Below, one piece after another: positions 26,126 through 35,337 of a stretch of 59,035 nt of DNA; within the stretch, counting starts at the first letter, position 1; each line of letters opens with the position of its first letter. The position numbers and the translations under genes were made by a program. The DNA comes from a virus (lineage: Duplodnaviria; Caudoviricetes). The stretch lies in IMG/VR virus record IMGVR_UViG_3300015245_000041, positions 1 to 59,035 of that record; one strand, 5' to 3'. The notes beneath the pieces were generated by a model. It made no database searches, had not been told where the DNA came from, and was given only the letters and a program-made list of their open reading frames with translations.

Positions 26126-26314
26126 GTCTGCCGGGGTTTCACCTTTAGCCCTAACTCTTCAACATTACTGGCTATCAAGGGAATTATTCCCCGCAGAAGT
26201 TCCTCTGTGTAGTTAAAGCCCTCCCAGCTAGATATCTAGCGGCTAAATCTAGTGAGCATGCTGGGAGGGTGGGGTGCCGACCCCTAAAATGTCTCTTTGT
26301 CCCCGGGGGGCGGG

Positions 26315-26461
26315 TCAGTAGGTCAGGGTCTTGTCCTGGATGCCCTGCTTCAGCTCGGCCTTGTCCTTATCGGACAACTTCTTCCACTGGGCCATGAACT
26401 CACCCGTCTTCATTTCGAAGAAATCGCGGATATCTTTGACTCCGGTGCTGGCCTCAGCCAT
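26315..26461 (-). CDS. 48-aa protein MAEASTGVKDIRDFF...DKTLTY (absent from ORF track)
   Basis: ACCGAGGAGG RBS, upstream promoter, GC3-rich codons. Confidence 0.75.
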   Translation of the reverse strand: MAEASTGVKDIRDFFEMKTGEFMAQWKKLSDKDKAELKQGIQDKTLTY

Positions 26462-26499
26462 AATTGCCTCCTCGGTAGCGGCGATTGATCGATGCAGTT

Positions 26500-26528
26500 A
26501 CTCTATCAAACCAAAAATTGAGAGTCAA
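26500..26528 (-). promoter_or_regulatory. Sigma70-type promoter (leftward)
   Basis: TTGACT-N17-TAGAGT. Confidence 0.7.
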
Positions 26529-26582
26529 TAGGTGGTTCTAACGACTTTATTCCACTCCGCTATGTCCCAAAGGGCAAATGTC

Positions 26583-26614
26583 TGATATGATCATTACTCC
26601 AACGACCGAGGAGG
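26583..26614 (+). promoter_or_regulatory. Extended -10 promoter plus GACCGAGGAGG RBS motif (rightward)
   Basis: TGA-TATGAT at 26583-26591; motif at 26604-26614. Confidence 0.5.
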
Positions 26615-26621
26615 TAGTCTG

Positions 26622-26813
26622 ATGGCATCCGAATTCGAACGAGGCTTAGTTCAGGGTAGAAAGGAGGGCCGTACTCAAGAACGTAAGGAAATACTAGATT
26701 GGCTGGAAGAGCAATACCTGAAGAAGACTGTCTTACGGGGGTCAGAGAAAGGGAAAGCTATTCTGAAGCTTGCTGGCGAACTCTCGAAGGTGATGAAGTC
26801 TAGTGGACTATGA
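26622..26813 (+). CDS. Hypothetical protein, first gene of primase operon
   Basis: Strong RBS; overlaps primase start. Confidence 0.7.
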   Translation: MASEFERGLVQGRKEGRTQERKEILDWLEEQYLKKTVLRGSEKGKAILKLAGELSKVMKSSGL

Positions 26814-28818
26814 GAAGCAGCTCAGTATAATTAAGCGCGCATGGGGGCGTACACAGAAAGGTTATTGCTTCTTCCCCTGGATTGATCGAGAAGAGCAGGC
26901 AGCAGCAGGAATTCGACGCGCAGGATTCTACGAAGGACCAGCCTTTAAGTGGCCTCAGGACAAAGATAAGATCTTGTCTCACATGGCTCAGCACGAGGAG
27001 CATGATCTATATTGGTGCCCCTCTCTTTTTGAGTATGAACAACGACGTACTGATGTTGCGATGGATGAGTGCGCTCTTTGGGCAGATTTAGATGAGATTA
27101 ACCCCAAGGAAATACCCGAGGAATATCCTCCGACTGTTGCCTGGCAGACATCCCCAGGACGCTATCAGGCTCTCTGGATTCTATCGATGGGTGATATCCA
27201 GGGTGCGAGTTGGCCCGGTAACGAGAATCAAAGACTGACATACTTTCTCGGCGCTGACCTCGGCGGGTGGGATACCACACAGCTGTTGAGGATACCGGGT
27301 TGGACCAATCATAAGCTGGAGTATCGTGATAAAGTATCTGGTGCATCGCCTCAAGGTAAGGTTCTATGGACTAATGGGCGCACATACCTGTCTGATGACT
27401 TCGAGGACTTGCCGGAGGTGCGCGGTGCCGGTGCAGCCAACGATCTCACCGACGCAGTTATCCAAGAGATCGAGGCAATCGAGCATAACACGGTATTGGC
27501 CCGAGTAAAGCTTAAGCTTACTCAACGTATTCGAGATTACATCAGGGCTCGACAGACTTCTGGTGATCGCAGCAATGTACTCTGGGAGATTGAACGATCC
27601 TTGGCTGATGCTGGTTGTAGTCTCGCAGAGATCGTTTCAATCGTGAAGAGCACGGTATGGAATAAGTATGCTGGCCGTTCGGATGAAGATAAACGACTTA
27701 TCATAGAGGCTAATAAAGCTATCGCACAACGATCCACACAGAAAGTAGAAGAAGATGAAGTTCTTAGAGAACATGCTCAACAGTCAGTTCCTCAACAAGC
27801 TGATCTTATGTTGAAATTAGTTAAACCTCCTCGATGGTTGGTTAAAAATATCCTTACTCAAGGTGGAGTTGGGTTTATAGCTGGAGAACCTAAGTCTTAT
27901 AAATCATGGTTCGGTCTTGATTTAGCCATCAGTGTTGCTACGGGTACCCGCTTTCTTAACCACTTTGACATTGAGAAGCCCGGACCAGTACTATATCTAC
28001 AAGAAGAAGATAGCCCAGTAACTATCAAGTCTCGATGGGGAACCATCAAGCGGGGTAAGAAACAAATGCCCCTCTCGGTACAGGATGGCTATCTTTACCT
28101 GGAACCTACACAACCTCTGGATGATGAAACACTTATTAAGGTCGACATGAATCTTCAGGGCGGTCTTGTTTTATCCGAAGATGTCTGGCAAGAATGGCTT
28201 GATGAACAATTACGGCGGGGTTTTACCATGGCTTCCGACGAACCCTATAGACTGATTATTGTAGACACTCTTATGATGACCGCGGGTCTTGTACAGGAGA
28301 ATCAGTCTCAGGAGATGACTACTAAGTATTTTAAACCTCTCAAAGAACTTGCTCGTAAGCATGAGGTAGCACTTATCTTAGTACATCATATGAATAAAAA
28401 TGGCGAAGCTAAACGCGCTGGTCAACGTATGTTAGGCAGTGTTGCTAATCATGCCTGGGCTGAGGATTCTATGTATCTTACACCTCGATCTGACGGGGTA
28501 GATATGGAGACAGAAAGTAAGACATGGAAAAAAGCTAAGTATACTGTCAATATTCATGAGAAGGGCTGGTATCCGGTAGTTAGTCCGGAGAATAGTACCA
28601 GGACCAGTAAATCTAGCCTCGGTAGTGACGGGATCCTCGAGGCTTTACAGGTGCTAGGTGATCGCGCGCACACCCGCGCGCTCGCTGAACAACTAGGTAT
28701 GCAGTGGCCCAAGATGCGCCGTTCTCTCACTAATAAGCTCGAGCACCGAGTCGCCCAGGGTCAGCTTGTGAAACAGCAAAACACCCCACAAAGCCAGATA
28801 CTATGGGTTCTCGCATGA
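26803..28818 (+). CDS. Primase-helicase (RepB-like primase + AAA_25/RepA helicase)
   Basis: LWADLD, TSPGRYQALW, LLRIPG..NHK; GEPKSYKS, EED, IVDT, VHH, GS. Confidence 0.9.
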   Translation: MDYEKQLSIIKRAWGRTQKGYCFFPWIDREEQAAAGIRRAGFYEGPAFKWPQDKDKILSHMAQHEEHDLYWCPSLFEYEQRRTDVAMDECALWADLDEINPKEIPEEYPPTVAWQTSPGRYQALWILSMGDIQGASWPGNENQRLTYFLGADLGGWDTTQLLRIPGWTNHKLEYRDKVSGASPQGKVLWTNGRTYLSDDFEDLPEVRGAGAANDLTDAVIQEIEAIEHNTVLARVKLKLTQRIRDYIRARQTSGDRSNVLWEIERSLADAGCSLAEIVSIVKSTVWNKYAGRSDEDKRLIIEANKAIAQRSTQKVEEDEVLREHAQQSVPQQADLMLKLVKPPRWLVKNILTQGGVGFIAGEPKSYKSWFGLDLAISVATGTRFLNHFDIEKPGPVLYLQEEDSPVTIKSRWGTIKRGKKQMPLSVQDGYLYLEPTQPLDDETLIKVDMNLQGGLVLSEDVWQEWLDEQLRRGFTMASDEPYRLIIVDTLMMTAGLVQENQSQEMTTKYFKPLKELARKHEVALILVHHMNKNGEAKRAGQRMLGSVANHAWAEDSMYLTPRSDGVDMETESKTWKKAKYTVNIHEKGWYPVVSPENSTRTSKSSLGSDGILEALQVLGDRAHTRALAEQLGMQWPKMRRSLTNKLEHRVAQGQLVKQQNTPQSQILWVLA

Positions 28819-29017
28819 CGGGAGATGCGCTCGGGCGCATACGACCGGGGCTTCCAACAGGGTCGCGCGCGTGCTTAGATATCAATAATCAATCATCATT
28901 ATTCATTCTCTCAAACGCAATGCCCTACGGTGGGCACAGGTCGTCGAATACGTACACTCGCCGGGGGCTAGTATCCGCCGCCATGAGCTCCTTGGGCTTG
29001 CTACCGAAAGGAATCCA

Positions 29018-29200
29018 ATGCAACACAAAAATTGCTTAGAATACCCCTGTCCGGAATGTGAACATGACATGAACCTCGCTTCTGCTCAAACAGAACATAC
29101 ACCTACTTCTAAGTATAACCCCACAATTCGGGTTAGTTGGTTTGAAGCAGCTCGTCAGGAAGCTATCGCAAATGGAGAAATCCCTGATGGCCACCTGTAG
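29018..29200 (+). CDS. Small Zn-binding protein
   Basis: GAAAGGA RBS; H..C...C..C. Confidence 0.55.
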   Translation: MQHKNCLEYPCPECEHDMNLASAQTEHTPTSKYNPTIRVSWFEAARQEAIANGEIPDGHL

Positions 29201-29402
29201 TTACTGCACCCTCGAATCCGCCAAAACTAGGTTCAACACTCTCAAGCAACCTGACGGCTCACGGGTATACTTAAGGGTTGAATCTGCCCACGAAGGCTGG
29301 CTGTCAGTCTACAAAATAACGGAGGATCAATATGGGACCCCGACCCACGAAACCGCTATCGGGATGAGCTTCAAAGCTTACCCAACAACATGTGTTTGTT
29401 AA
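29187..29402 (+). CDS. Small Cys-containing protein
   Basis: GGAG RBS; C.YC...C.C. Confidence 0.55.
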   Translation: MATCSYCTLESAKTRFNTLKQPDGSRVYLRVESAHEGWLSVYKITEDQYGTPTHETAIGMSFKAYPTTCVC

Positions 29403-29437
29403 CTGAAGTTACCCTCTAACTAAGGATACTATTACAC

Positions 29438-30058
29438 ATGACAGAGGACCCTCGACACAGGCTCGCTGAAATACTCTCATCGGGTGGTGTGGGATATGGT
29501 CAAGTCTCGCAGGAAGTGTTGTACATGCTGCCTAGGGAATTCTTAGATAAATACGTGCAGTTATGGTATATGGCTTTAGGTCCACTGATTCAGGGACAAG
29601 GTCAGCAGATGACGCGGGATGGGGAATTGGGTAGAGCTAAGACAAGAACAACTGAGAAAGGGAGAAAGATAGGGGCTGGTGCGGGAGGAGAGGCTAAACG
29701 GTATAGAAAAAGCGGATACAGCATACGAAATGAGCTCGCTTTCCAACTCAAGGACCGCATCGACAAAAGGCTTAGAGGCATAGCGCGAGAGCTTAGACTG
29801 ACACTGTCGGACCTTGAGGCTCGGCAGAATACGGCATATGGGTCTGTTAAGGCTGGAGGGGGGGCTGAGAGGAGAATGGGGGAAGAGACTGGGGCTAATG
29901 GTAACACTACTGAGAGTACAGGCAACGCTTTAAAGAGCACTAGAGGGATGAGAAGATGTATCAAATGTGGCAGATATGGTGTGGATGGATGGGCTTTCTG
30001 TCCCTATGATGGGAAGGCTTTGATCAGAGAAAAGGAAAAAGAAAATCCTGAGGATTAA
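29438..30058 (+). CDS. Hypothetical protein with C-terminal zinc ribbon
   Basis: CIKCG...WAFCPYDG; AAGGA RBS. Confidence 0.75.
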   Translation: MTEDPRHRLAEILSSGGVGYGQVSQEVLYMLPREFLDKYVQLWYMALGPLIQGQGQQMTRDGELGRAKTRTTEKGRKIGAGAGGEAKRYRKSGYSIRNELAFQLKDRIDKRLRGIARELRLTLSDLEARQNTAYGSVKAGGGAERRMGEETGANGNTTESTGNALKSTRGMRRCIKCGRYGVDGWAFCPYDGKALIREKEKENPED

Positions 30059-30727
30059 TTTAGGAATCAAGAGAATGCTGATCATAATGATAGAAATAAG
30101 CGATCATCTTTGGGTATGAGGGATTATTTTAGGTATCGGGAAGGTATATGCTTGATGCGACGATTGATTGATGATTACGCGATGATGACTCACACTTGAG
30201 GGAATGCGAAGGAGGTGGATAAATTGATGGGTGAGGTAGTAAACGTTGGATCGCAAAATTGTTATGGGACGAAATGGAGAGGTGGAGAGCGTGGCGTTTA
30301 TTTTCGTGGTGGGATAAGATCTATAGTGCACAGTGGAGCTAGATTGATGCTCTGTCAATCCCACGTAAATTCTGCAGGCGGTACATGAGGCTCACATGCC
30401 GCGTAAAGTTGCGTGCTACATGTTGTAAACAGCTGCTAACGATTGCAAAGTTGGCTTTTGGTCCGTCAAAAAGCTCGGAGATCCCAAAACAACGATACTT
30501 CCTAAACATAGTAGAAACAGAAATCTCTCCTTTAAAGGATACTACGTCTCAACACCACGAAAAGGGACAATGGGGAAGGCTTGAGACTCATCCTAAGGGC
30601 GGCATTAGTTCAGGGGATAGCCAGCATAAAGGTACAGGGGGTGATGGCTCACGACGTCGTTGAGGACGGTGGAAGGACTGGCACTTAGGTGCCATCCAAC
30701 GTACGGGGGGCATGGTAGGATAGGGGC

Positions 30728-30886
30728 ATGACAACGACCGATCCCATCCGTGAGGCAATGGATCGACGCATGCAGGATGAGAAATCACCTGATGAAATCC
30801 GTGAACTCATGCGCGGGATTCCGATCCGTCGGATTCCTCCGAAGAGTCATAACCATTCTGTGCGGCATAAGTCATCCCAACGATAG
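30728..30886 (+). CDS. 52-aa leaderless protein MTTTDPIREAMD...
   Basis: TGG-TAGGAT -10 six nt before ATG. Confidence 0.5.
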   Translation: MTTTDPIREAMDRRMQDEKSPDEIRELMRGIPIRRIPPKSHNHSVRHKSSQR

Positions 30887-30896
30887 GAGATCGGAC

Positions 30897-31139
30897 ATGA
30901 CATCGACACCTTCCCACGAGGAAATCATCCAACGGGCGAAAAATATCCTGACTGAGCACTTGGGAGATATGCAGGACGCAATGGATGAACTTGCTGATTT
31001 GCTAGAATCCGCCAATTACATCGTAACAGACAATGATGAGGATTGGGCTCAATTGGATGAGTTCTTCGGGTTTATTGCCAAAAAGGTTGTTGAGGGATGG
31101 GGTCCTGCAAAGGATCCATTCGTTGGGGAAGGGGAGTAA
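30897..31139 (+). CDS. Acidic hypothetical protein
   Basis: AGGAG RBS before ATG 30897. Confidence 0.7.
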   Translation: MTSTPSHEEIIQRAKNILTEHLGDMQDAMDELADLLESANYIVTDNDEDWAQLDEFFGFIAKKVVEGWGPAKDPFVGEGE

Positions 31140-31510
31140 TGAGACATAAGATCTTGATAGGGAGGATCGTTCTTCGCATCCTGAAGGATCCAATGGGAGC
31201 GGATCAGGGGGTAAAGGGACCGAAAAGGACAACGCCACCGCCTCTAGTTAAGAAGGTAGAAAGGGACAATCGGATGACTCGAGCATTTATTCAGGGAAGA
31301 GTTAAAAAGGCGAAAAAACGGACCAAAAAGATGATTGCTGAGGCAATCCGCAATGGGCACACATACATCCAACACGAGGTATATGGTGACATAGCCGCTA
31401 AGGCATGGATGGAGATAGGATGGGAGCCATTGTCCGAATCATGGGATAGGGATATCGGTGGGATGAAAGTCACGATCAGGATGCGCGTCCCTTCCGTTCC
31501 TTGGGAGTAA
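31139..31510 (+). CDS. Hypothetical protein (GWEP.S.S family)
   Basis: TAATG coupling; AAGGGGAG RBS. Confidence 0.65.
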   Translation: MRHKILIGRIVLRILKDPMGADQGVKGPKRTTPPPLVKKVERDNRMTRAFIQGRVKKAKKRTKKMIAEAIRNGHTYIQHEVYGDIAAKAWMEIGWEPLSESWDRDIGGMKVTIRMRVPSVPWE

Positions 31511-31818
31511 AGGGTCCGGTTTGGAGATAAGGGCCTGAGAGCGATTTTAAGGGGGTAAGGGTGACGCTCAATGCCAGCATAATCAAAGGGGATCGCTTGC
31601 CGTGGCGTCGATGCTAGACGCTTTAAAGGGGCGATTGACCGTAGCATGATCCTTTGGATGGGGTGGGGTGATCGCATGCGCGTAATCCGATCTTGCTCCT
31701 ACGGGCATCTCAGAGCCGCCAAGGAGCATCCCCTCGCGCGGGCGCGTGCTTGATGCAGGGGTGATGATGGCATTGTAATAGCAGTTTAGGAGGTGGCGCT
31801 AGGGTGCCGGTATTTGCC

Positions 31819-31847
31819 TTGACGGGATGGGCAGGGGGGGATAAGGT
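31819..31847 (+). promoter_or_regulatory. Sigma70-type promoter
   Basis: TTGACG-N17-TAAGGT. Confidence 0.7.
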
Positions 31848-31905
31848 TATGGCATTGATCGATCGCACACCGCGACCGACGATCACATCCAAAGGGGATG
31901 ACGAC

Positions 31906-32238
31906 ATGACCGCAACGATGACGACCGCCCAGCTCGCCGAGGCGCTCGACACCACCCCACGCGAACTGCGCAAGTTCCTCCGCGCCGACGCGAAGACGAA
32001 GGGGACGACCGACACCCTTCCGGGCAAGGGTTCGCGATACGCCCTTCCGGGTACGAAGTCCGCGATCGCCTCCGCGAAGAAGCGATTCATCGCATGGTCC
32101 GCACAGCAGGACGAGGCCCGCAAGGCTCGCAACGAGGCCAAGGTGCTCGAGGACACCGTTCCCGACGTCGAGGACGAGACCGACACCGAGCCCACCGATG
32201 CCGAACTCGACGAGGTCGACGAAGAGGTCGAGGACTGA
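31906..32238 (+). CDS. HTH-like DNA-binding protein with acidic tail
   Basis: TTAQLAEALDTTPRELRKFLR...PGKGSRYAL; AAGGGG RBS; strongly GC3-rich. Confidence 0.8.
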   Translation: MTATMTTAQLAEALDTTPRELRKFLRADAKTKGTTDTLPGKGSRYALPGTKSAIASAKKRFIAWSAQQDEARKARNEAKVLEDTVPDVEDETDTEPTDAELDEVDEEVED

Positions 32239-32247
32239 CATACCCAT

Positions 32248-32276
32248 CCAGGATCCCCCTTCGGGGGGATTTCTGG
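32248..32276 (+). terminator. Terminator-like hairpin
   Basis: ATCCCCC-TTCG-GGGGGAT just after stop. Confidence 0.7.
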
Positions 32277-32401
32277 TGTGTCTGTGACATATTGGTGTAA
32301 ACGGACATGCGCCTGAGAAGTGTTGTGTGGAAGATCATTTATGAGGGCGAATGCTAGCATAAGGAGAGGGCACGATCGGTCGCAAACTCGTGCTCAGCGC
32401 C

Positions 32402-32431
32402 TTGACTCTGAGGGGGTTGGTCTGATAGCAT
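32402..32431 (+). promoter_or_regulatory. Sigma70-type promoter, leaderless
   Basis: TTGACT-N18-TAGCAT-N6-ATG. Confidence 0.75.
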
Positions 32432-32437
32432 AGATGC

Positions 32438-32677
32438 ATGACAACGACGATGATTGATGCTGACGCCCTACTCGCGACTCTGCTTGACTGCGACGACGAA
32501 CTTGACATCGATCAACTTGATCTTACCATCTTGATCTCGCACCATCTTGCTGAAACGATCAATGACGATGCCGCCAAAAACTTCTTGCTCTCATATGACT
32601 GCTGCCCAATCCATCACTGCGACATCGAAATCTGCCGCGACGACAACGATCTCGAATGCATCCAATTTCGCAACTAA
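32438..32677 (+). CDS. Very acidic small protein with CCPIHHC motif
   Basis: Leaderless start behind promoter. Confidence 0.7.
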   Translation: MTTTMIDADALLATLLDCDDELDIDQLDLTILISHHLAETINDDAAKNFLLSYDCCPIHHCDIEICRDDNDLECIQFRN

Positions 32678-32697
32678 TCCCGAAAGGGGGGGGAATC

Positions 32698-32793
32698 ATG
32701 ACAACCATCCGCAACTACATGCTGCATCGCAAGATGAGATTGATCATCCGTCGCCATGCATGGATCCTTGACACGGAGTTGCAGACGCGGTAG
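32698..32793 (+). CDS. 31-aa basic peptide
   Basis: GAAAGGGGG RBS before ATG. Confidence 0.4.
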   Translation: MTTIRNYMLHRKMRLIIRRHAWILDTELQTR

Positions 32794-32796
32794 CAT
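32768..32796 (+). promoter_or_regulatory. Sigma70-type promoter
   Basis: TTGACA-N17-TAGCAT-N6-ATG. Confidence 0.75.
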
Positions 32797-32802
32797 TAAT
32801 GC

Positions 32803-33126
32803 ATGCTCAATCACTCGACACCCCAAGGAGGGGACATCATGACCCGCTTTCTGCTCATCATCACCGCATTGATTCTCGCGGGGGTCACTGCGATCACTCT
32901 GACTGCTGACTCGCCGCATCACCACACCATCACTCCCATGCCTGCACCCTCACCATCGACCTCGACAATCACTCACGGGGATTATACTCCGGGCAAGGCG
33001 GGGGACCCTGGGGTGGACTTGCCGGGGATTGCGACTGCTACTCCTGGTCAGGTCTGGATATCTGCTGGCCCCGGGGATAATGTATGCCGCGCTCCTGGGG
33101 ACTGCGGATATGGGGATAACAACTGA
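32803..33126 (+). CDS. Small secreted/membrane protein
   Basis: Signal/TM segment, P/T linker; alternative ATG 32839 with AAGGAGG. Confidence 0.7.
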   Translation: MLNHSTPQGGDIMTRFLLIITALILAGVTAITLTADSPHHHTITPMPAPSPSTSTITHGDYTPGKAGDPGVDLPGIATATPGQVWISAGPGDNVCRAPGDCGYGDNN

Positions 33127-33131
33127 CTGAC

Positions 33132-33164
33132 CTTCTATCCCCATCTTATGGTGGGGATAAGAAG
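33132..33164 (+). terminator. Terminator-like hairpin
   Basis: TATCCCCATC/GGTGGGGATA stem after stop. Confidence 0.6.
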
Positions 33165-33598
33165 TGTGTATATGCCGGGGGTATATAGGCGGGGGGTATA
33201 TACCTATGCCTATGCAGGCAGGATGCATCCTAATGATGGATGGATATGCGCGGGGCAATGATGCATTGATCATATCCTAATCGATGAGGGAATGATCTGG
33301 ATATGATAGGTGCATATCCCCGCGTCAATCAAGAGGCGCATATGCATGGGGATATAACAATAAGACAATGCATAGGGGGAGGGGATAGTGGAGGATAGAT
33401 CTGTAGATGTTCTATCTTAAATTTAAATCGGTTACTATCTTGTTCTTTCTTTGTTAATTCTTGGTTACTTTGTGTGATGAAGGAAGGAAGTAATGTGTCC
33501 GATATGAACCCCCCCGGGTGGTTTAAGGAGGGGAGAAAGTCACCGTGCGTAACAGACCATTCCACGCGCTTACTGTAGCAACTTTTTGAAAACATTAA

Positions 33599-33880
33599 CT
33601 ACGATACTACCTCAAACGCATGAAATACTAGATCATGCTCCGGATTGAAGAAAGTATTAATAAACTTAAGTTCATCTATTCCATAATTCCACTCATACCC
33701 AGTACCTGTTACAAGGAACTGCCTAGATTCTGCTTTCCCGCCATTCATTCCTTTCACCATTACCCACAATTTAAGACCTCTTCCCTGAGTATCTACGCGT
33801 AATGCTTGAGAACCCATGGGCAACTTAACTATATTGAGTGTGAATGAAGCTGGCTGCAGGTCATACTTGAGAACTATCAT
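33599..33880 (-). CDS. Hypothetical phage protein (all-beta)
   Basis: KY.L...LP.G...Q...LW...F..GTG...VFH.FE pattern. Confidence 0.75.
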   Translation of the reverse strand: MIVLKYDLQPASFTLNIVKLPMGSQALRVDTQGRGLKLWVMVKGMNGGKAESRQFLVTGTGYEWNYGIDELKFINTFFNPEHDLVFHAFEVVS

Positions 33881-33881
33881 G

Positions 33882-34109
33882 TTACTTTAACAACCTCTTT
33901 CGTTTCTTGGGGCTTTTGATTTCTACTCGCTCTGCCACCGTTACCCAGTACTTTAACTTATTGCGCAGGATAGGGGCACATAGTATTACGACCCCGTCTT
34001 CTACTACAAAACCCGCACATAAGTAGTTGGTCTTTACTTGGTACAGACCGTCCGTCAACTTCATAGTTGACTTTGCGGTATCGGGCTTTGTTCTTATATT
34101 CCGACTCAT
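33882..34109 (-). CDS. Hypothetical protein
   Basis: DGLYQV...CAGFVV..G....APIL. Confidence 0.55.
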   Translation of the reverse strand: MSRNIRTKPDTAKSTMKLTDGLYQVKTNYLCAGFVVEDGVVILCAPILRNKLKYWVTVAERVEIKSPKKRKRLLK

Positions 34110-34335
34110 TGATCCTCACCAGGAGACCATGATACACTAACTCGGAGATTATCGACGATACGAAACCGGGTGATGTCCACCATTGTTCTCTAGTAAATCT
34201 TCCCCATACTTCACCGGGGCTGAATTCCTCTCCCTCTCCGATGCTTTCTATAATTTCGATGACGCCCTCGAGAGTATCCCAGTGTCTTTTAGATGTGTGT
34301 GGGCAGATAGTGATTACGTTCTTGGTCTTAACCAT
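33958..34335 (-). CDS. Possible winged-helix protein
   Basis: FS..EV...VS..ISELV..GLL. Confidence 0.5.
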   Translation of the reverse strand: MVKTKNVITICPHTSKRHWDTLEGVIEIIESIGEGEEFSPGEVWGRFTREQWWTSPGFVSSIISELVYHGLLVRINESEYKNKARYRKVNYEVDGRSVPSKDQLLMCGFCSRRRGRNTMCPYPAQ

Positions 34336-34475
34336 CTGTTGTCTCTATATTAATCCATCGAGCAAAAACTTTGGCGTCTCTGATAATCTTGTCTGAGGCT
34401 ATTACATTAGCTCCTACTGGCCGTTGGCTGTTGTTAAATGCTATACTCTGAGCTAATGCCTCGAGGCGTATGCGT

Positions 34476-34706
34476 TCACTGCGATCGAGCTTGTCTTCTA
34501 TCATCTACTTGCTCCTCTGTGAATGTTGCTTTTGTCGTGTACAGATGCTTGGCTTTGCTGATATCGTTCAGGGGTGTCATTATTACGTGTGAGTATCCTT
34601 CCTGCTTGGCTTTACGGCACGCATCGCAGAGAAAGTCTTCTTGGGTGGGTTCACGATCACAGGGTATATTTCCATCGAAGGCTTGAACATCGCACTGGCA
34701 CTTCAT
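34476..34706 (-). CDS. Small Zn-finger protein
   Basis: C.C...C...TQED.LCD.CR; GAAGGTGG RBS. Confidence 0.6.
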   Translation of the reverse strand: MKCQCDVQAFDGNIPCDREPTQEDFLCDACRKAKQEGYSHVIMTPLNDISKAKHLYTTKATFTEEQVDDRRQARSQ

Positions 34707-35062
34707 ACTGATATCCACCTTCCGTGGGTAATAAAGCCATGATCACCGCAGTCGCAGAGTATTGATGGCTGTAGTGTCAGAGGGTCTCTGCTGAGTAATT
34801 GCCAGACGGCTGTGAGTGAACCATCGGCTTTGGTGTGGCGGTGTTTTTGGGCGGCTTCGATGTCGTATAAAACACTGCCGGCATGCCACAGGTCTGTGTG
34901 TGGGGCCTTGTGAAATATGTTAAGACCGATCTCTGTGCCTTTGCGACTAATGCCGTTAGTATATTTTCTGATAAAGTGATCGAGGCCTATATCTGTCCCT
35001 CCGTGGGCTAGGCGTGATAGCCATTGCTGGTATGATGGCGAGGTGTCTAGGACATTAGCCAC
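34703..35062 (-). CDS. DUF6527-like protein
   Basis: W......PLTL.PSI.C.C..HGFI..G.W. Confidence 0.65.
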   Translation of the reverse strand: MANVLDTSPSYQQWLSRLAHGGTDIGLDHFIRKYTNGISRKGTEIGLNIFHKAPHTDLWHAGSVLYDIEAAQKHRHTKADGSLTAVWQLLSRDPLTLQPSILCDCGDHGFITHGRWISV

Positions 35063-35336
35063 TAGTATTCCTGAACTTTAGCTGATACGGGAGCTGTAGC
35101 CAGTAGTCAATCTTATGCAAAACTGCTTCCAGATCTTCTAGATCTGGATCTTCTAGAACTAGACTAATTGCCATACTCTCATATTCTGCTGTGAGTCTGA
35201 GCTCTGGCTTGAGTTCTCCTACCTGATGATTCTGCTGATCTCTAAGTCGGAGCTCTGAGATTAACTGATCCTTCATCCAGTCATCGTAGCTTTTCATGGT
35301 ACCATCTGGGTTGAGAGTTCCGTCATTCTCTTGCAT
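35055..35336 (-). CDS. Hypothetical protein
   Basis: Operon-packed. Confidence 0.6.
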   Translation of the reverse strand: MQENDGTLNPDGTMKSYDDWMKDQLISELRLRDQQNHQVGELKPELRLTAEYESMAISLVLEDPDLEDLEAVLHKIDYWLQLPYQLKFRNTSG

Positions 35337-35337
35337 G

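Larger units (their letters stand above)
25644..26310 (-). ncRNA. Array of back-to-back structured RNA modules
   Basis: No credible ORF; at least 8 consecutive stem-loops inside a leftward transcription unit. Confidence 0.65.

Noticed and set aside
30104-30788. Short ORFs in the 30.1-30.7 kb gap (30104, 30385, 30588)
   Set aside because: No RBS or promoter support and atypical composition; treated as non-coding
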